Source: Salpingoeca rosetta
Taxonomy: Eukaryota; Protista; Choanoflagellata
Reading direction: 5' to 3'
Length of the DNA: 64,000 nucleotides
Assembly: GCA_033442325.1 (NCBI GenBank)
Contig: JAWQFM010000021.1
Location: 76,290-140,289 of the forward strand
Shown here: positions 47,423 to 64,000 of the stretch, one piece after another
Numbering within the stretch: the first letter of the stretch is position 1
Layout of the letters: each line of letters starts with the position of its first letter
Program-made: the position numbers and the translations under genes
The notes under the pieces: generated by a model
Databases searched by the model: none
What the model was told of the DNA's origin: nothing
What the model saw: the letters and a program-made list of their open reading frames with translations, nothing else

Positions 47423-48123
47423 GCCTCGTGCGGTGTTGATGGCGTGTGTGTCTCTCTGTTTGTCAGTGTGCTTGTCTGCGTCTGCGTCTGCGTCTGTGTG
47501 TGTGTGTGTGGATGTTGATGGCGTCTGCGTCTGTGTATGTGTATGTGTGTGTGTGTGTGTATGTGTGTGTGTGTATGTGTATGTGTGTAGATGTTGATGG
47601 CGTGTGTGTGTCTGCCTACGTCTGTGTCTGCGTGGCTCTCAATAACGGGTATCAGCGCTGCTGTGGTCGCTCGGGTGCTGTGACAGCGCTGCGTTTTGCT
47701 GCTTGTGTGCTGGAGAGAGGAAAATGACTGCGGGTGTGGGGTTGTGTGTGCGTGTGTGTGAATCAAGGCATCAACCCGACCGGCGAGTTCGTTCCAAGTT
47801 CCTGTCGCTGTTGTCTTCGCCCCCACTGCTGGTGTTGTACGTCAATTAATTGTCACAATGCTCATTCACAGCAACGCACATCGCTTGCAGGCACCAGCAA
47901 CCAACCAAGCACGACGGACTTGTTCCTCCTCCTCCCCCACAACCAATCGAGTGCTGAGGAGGCGTTGGTGGTGAGAATGCGCGGCGTGCCGCAGATGTTT
48001 TGTTACATCTTCCGCCAGTTTTCAGGACTGCCACCAACAACAAGGGTAAGGCAACAAGGGCAAGCAAGAACGAAGAAGAAGCGCTGTTGGGCCACTGTCA
48101 AGACACGAGCACAACAGCTCGTG

Positions 48124-50990
48124 ATGATGTTGGTGCACGTGCTGGTGAATGGACGGTTGTGGGACTGGGCCACGGCAGGCACGAGAAGAGGAACGCTGGT
48201 GCTTGTGAACAATGTCATTGCAGATGTAGTTTGGGCAGGCGATGGCGGAGAGACTGAGGGCAAAGCGGCTGCGGAAGAACTGGGCAAGCAGTGGGCAGAG
48301 CGGGTGAAGCTGCACGCTGCAGCTGGAACGCTGCACACCATGATCAGGGGACAAGGCCGGGAGAAGCTGGTGACGCAGGCCCACGAGAACGTTGCCAAGG
48401 CAGAGGGTGTTACTGACGCTGAAGCACAGCCGCAGCAAGCGGCACAGTGGAAGGTTGTGGACCTGGAAGGACGCACCGTCCTGCCTGGGTTGCAGGATGC
48501 GCACCTGCACGTGAGCATTCTTGGCGAGCGCGCGGAACGGATCGACCTGGCACACTGCCGGTCCATTGCAGAGGTTCAACAGGCCCTGCGCGAGGGCGTC
48601 CGCAGAAAGCCCGCGGGCACGTGGTGCATCGGCTACGACTGGGACCACGAGAAGCTTGCCGAAGGACGCCCCTTGACCAGGCAAGAGCTGGACGATGTGA
48701 GCACGGAGCACCCCGTCTTCGCGTTCCGCGTGTGCGTGCACGTTGGCGTCGGTAACACGCTGGCCCTGCAAAAGTGTGGAGTGCCCCTGGAGCGCCCAGC
48801 CAGCATCATGGACATCCTCCCACCGGGCATCACCCCATCATCGGCGGAGGCAGCAGACGACCTGGTCGGGTACAGCGAGGAGGACGGGCTGGCCACGGGT
48901 ATGCTGCGCGAGCACATGTGCTACCACGTGGAGGACATGCTGCGGAAAACGGCCACGTTTGAGCAGCGCCGCGCTCGCATCGTGCGTGGTCTGCAGCAGT
49001 GCCTGCGCGTCGGCCTCACCGCCGTGCAGCCGAATGACGCGCATGCGTGGGACGTGTACACCGCGCTGCACGCTGAAGGCCAACTGCAGGTACGCGTGCA
49101 CCTGACCATTCCTTATGATGAGCTGCACACCCACGCCGATGCACCAGAACGTCCAACGGCAACCTCAGACGACATGCTCCGCTGTGAACGCGTCAAGGTC
49201 CTGTGTCTGTGTCTATGTCTATGTGTGTGTGTGAGTGTCTATGTGTGTGTGAGTGTCTGTGTGTGTGTCTGTCTGTCTATGTGTGTGTGTGCGTGTCTGT
49301 GTGTGCGTGTGTGTGTGTCTGTCTATGTGTGTATCTGTCTGTGTGTGTGCCTGTCTGTCTGTCCGTCTATGTCTGTGTGTCTGTGCCTGTGTGTATGTGT
49401 GTGTGTGTTGAATCAGAGAAAGTGGTGGGCTGTTTGTAGGCTACCACGTGGAGGACATGCTGCGGAAAACGGCCACGTTTGAGCAGCGCCGCGCTCGCAT
49501 CGTGCGTGGTCTGCAGCAGTGCCTGCGCGTCGGCCTCACCGCCGTGCAGCCGAATGACGCGCATGCGTGGGACGTGTACACCGCGCTGCACGCTGAAGGC
49601 CAACTGCAGGTACGCGTGCACCTGACCATTCCTTATGATGAGCTGCACACCCACGCCGATGCACCAGAACGTCCAACGGCAACCTCAGACGACATGCTCC
49701 GCTGTGAACGCGTCAAGGTCCTGTGTCTGTGTCTATGTCTATGTGTGTGTGTGAGTGTCTATGTGTGTGTGAGTGTCTGTGTGTGTGTGTGTCTGTCTAT
49801 GTGTGTATCTGCCTGTGTGCCTGTCTGTCTGTCCGTCTATGTCTGTGTGTCTGTGCCTGTCTGTCTGTCCGTCTATGTCTGTGTGTCTGTGCCTGTGTGT
49901 ATGTGTGTGTGTTGAATCACAGAACGGATGGCTGCTGATTGTGGCTTGTGTATCTGCTCTCTCTGTTTTGTCTCTGGCTGTCTCTCATCAGTCGCTGTTT
50001 ATCATCACCACACCTTCCACGCTTCCATCTGCTTCACGCCTATGCATGTGCAGGTCTTTGCAGACGGCAGCCTCGGCGCCAACACGGCTGCCCTCAGCCT
50101 TCCGTATCGCTGCAAGCACCACCGCGCCACGAAGGGCATCCTCAACTACACCCAGCCCACGCTCGAAACCATGTTTTCCCGCGCAACGCGCAGCGGCTTT
50201 CAACTCGAGGTGCGTGTGTTTGGGCGGTGCGGTATGGCTGGTGTGGTGGGTCTGTCTGCCTCTCTGTCTGTCCCTGTATGTCTGTCTGTCTGTCTGTCTG
50301 TCTGCCTGCCTGTCTGTCTGTGTCCTGACTCGCTTGTCCAAGCCCATCCCCTTCCCGCACACACACACACACACGTTCAAACCAGGTGCACGCCATTGGC
50401 GACGATGCTGCCCACAAGGTTGTGTCTGCGTTTGCAGAGTGCGGGCTCGGCCGGGAGCACCGTCCCATCCTCACCCACTGCCAGGTCCTGCGGCAGGACG
50501 TGGTTGACGCAATGGCGCAGCTGCAGGTCGTCGCAAACATCCAGCCCAGCTTCGTGGTCACAGACGCGGCGTGGGTGATGAAGCGCCTGCCGCCAGCGCT
50601 CCTCACCCACGCGTATGTGTGGAGGACGCTGCTTATGCGCGGCATCCCCTGTGCGGGGGGGAGCGACACGCCTGTGGAGACCGTCAACCCGTTCCGCGGC
50701 ATGTACGACGCCATGTACCGCAACGGCGGCCACGAGGCTGTTGGTGATGGTGGTGATGGTGACGGCGCGCGTGTGTTCAAGCCCGAGGAGCGGCTCTCGT
50801 TCACAGAGGCGCTGCACCTGTACACGCGCGGGGCGGCGTACGCTGGCCGTTGTGAGGACACGCGCGGGTGGCTGGCGCCCGGATACGCAGCCGACCTCAC
50901 CATTGTGGAACACGACGTCTCGCGCGAGCCCCATCGCATGCGCAACATGCTCCCGTACCAAGTCTGGGTGGCCGGCACACCCAGGCTCTG
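48124..50990 (+). CDS. Metal-dependent amidohydrolase, YtcJ/Amidohydro_3-like
   Basis: Motifs [21 protein letters not shown]|[51 protein letters not shown] and [11 protein letters not shown]. Exons ~48124-49197, 50054-50209 and 50386-50990. Confidence 0.9.
48920..49918 (+). repeat. Tandem duplication with a 520-bp period, covering an exon 3' part plus intron start
   Basis: 48920-~49290 is repeated at 49440-~49810, with an identical coding part and slightly different microsatellite tails. Confidence 0.92.
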
Positions 50991-51510
50991 ATTGTGTTTG
51001 TTTGTTTGTTTGTTTGCTTGCTTGCTTGTTTCTTGCTTGTTTGTTTGTTTGTTTGTTCGTTTGTTCGTTGCTGGGTGTGGGCTGCCTGTCCCTTGCCGTC
51101 AGGACTTTGACCCTGACAATAGGAATACATGCGGCTATTCGCGTATGTGATGTGCGCAAGCAATGAAACTAGAGCAAGCGAGACAGCTGATAGATGTGTA
51201 AGAGAGGTACTCTGAACAGGCATATGTATGTCGGCTGGAGCCGTGTACGTCTAAACACATGTATGCGAAGCAAAACAACAAAAGTTGCCGAGGCAAGTCA
51301 ATTACGCGCTGCTGCCTTGTGGCGTGGTGATCCATTTGTGTCTGCTAAGTTGTGTTGTGCCATGTTCTGTTTGGGTATTTCTCCATTAGACGATGTCTCT
51401 CAACAGTCGAGGTGGCAATACATTGGTGCATCAGTGGATGGTTGGAAAGCCATTAAACAAGCAAGCAAATCAGGCAAGCCAGGGGGCGATACACAGACAC
51501 AAAGAGACAA

Positions 51511-51565
<55 letters not shown>

Positions 51566-51581
51566 CACACACACACACGAC

Positions 51582-51614
<33 letters not shown>

Positions 51615-51738
51615 CGACACACACACACACACACTCACACACACACACACACACACAGCACACACACACACACACAGCACACACATGGCGCGCATTTCAC
51701 CTTTTTGAATTTTTCCCGCCGTGTGACACAGGACCATC

Positions 51739-63651
<11,913 letters not shown>

Positions 63652-64000
63652 ATGATTGATAGTGGTGGTAGTGGTGGTGGTGGTGGTGGTGGTGGTGGTG
63701 GTGGTGGTGGTGGTGGTGGTGGTGGTGGTGGTGGTGGTGGTGATGCAGAGGGAGAGGAGAAGCGGGTGGCTTGTAACCGACTCGTGTACGCGTACTCAAG
63801 CAACCATGTAGGCGGAGAGAAAGAGACAGCTTTTCAAGAAGAGGATAGCTGTGCCAGGTGTTTGAACTCATAAATCTGTGTCAGTGTTTCCTTCGAGGCA
63901 GGAATTGTGTTTGTTTGTTGGCTGTAAGTTGTCGCAATGAAACGGACCATGATCAAGTTGAAGAATAGGGTTTTATTGTGATGGCATGTGCGCAGGCCAG

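Overview
Gene-dense, intron-rich eukaryotic DNA with (GT)n/(CA)n microsatellites in most introns and animal-like adhesion and signalling domains. By style it is most consistent with a choanoflagellate such as Salpingoeca rosetta (inference, no database search run). Eleven protein-coding genes were reconstructed by hand from ORFs and splice signals: CLPTM1L-like (partial, -), a PPR protein (+), a ~4,370-aa secreted Ser/Thr mucin-like protein with 2 VWA, 3 EGF and LamG-like domains (+), eRF3/Sup35 (+), a Y-family pol eta-like DNA polymerase (-), an ankyrin+Ig protein (+), a polypeptide GalNAc-transferase (+), an Amun-like HhH protein (-), an ADAM-type metalloprotease receptor (-), a YtcJ-like amidohydrolase (+) and TMEM94 (+). 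The most striking items are: (1) an ADAM10/17-like protease fused to TSP1 repeats, a transmembrane helix and two cytoplasmic SH3 domains; (2) an eRF3 with a yeast-Sup35-like Q/Y/G/P prion-type N domain containing PQGGYQ and a charged M domain; (3) the giant mucin, whose reading frame is interrupted by one in-frame UGA at a possibly mis-assembled junction; (4) a GALNT with two ricin domains and a YGGEH motif. No rRNA, tRNA, CRISPR array or transposase was recognised. Exon boundaries are manual and partly approximate.
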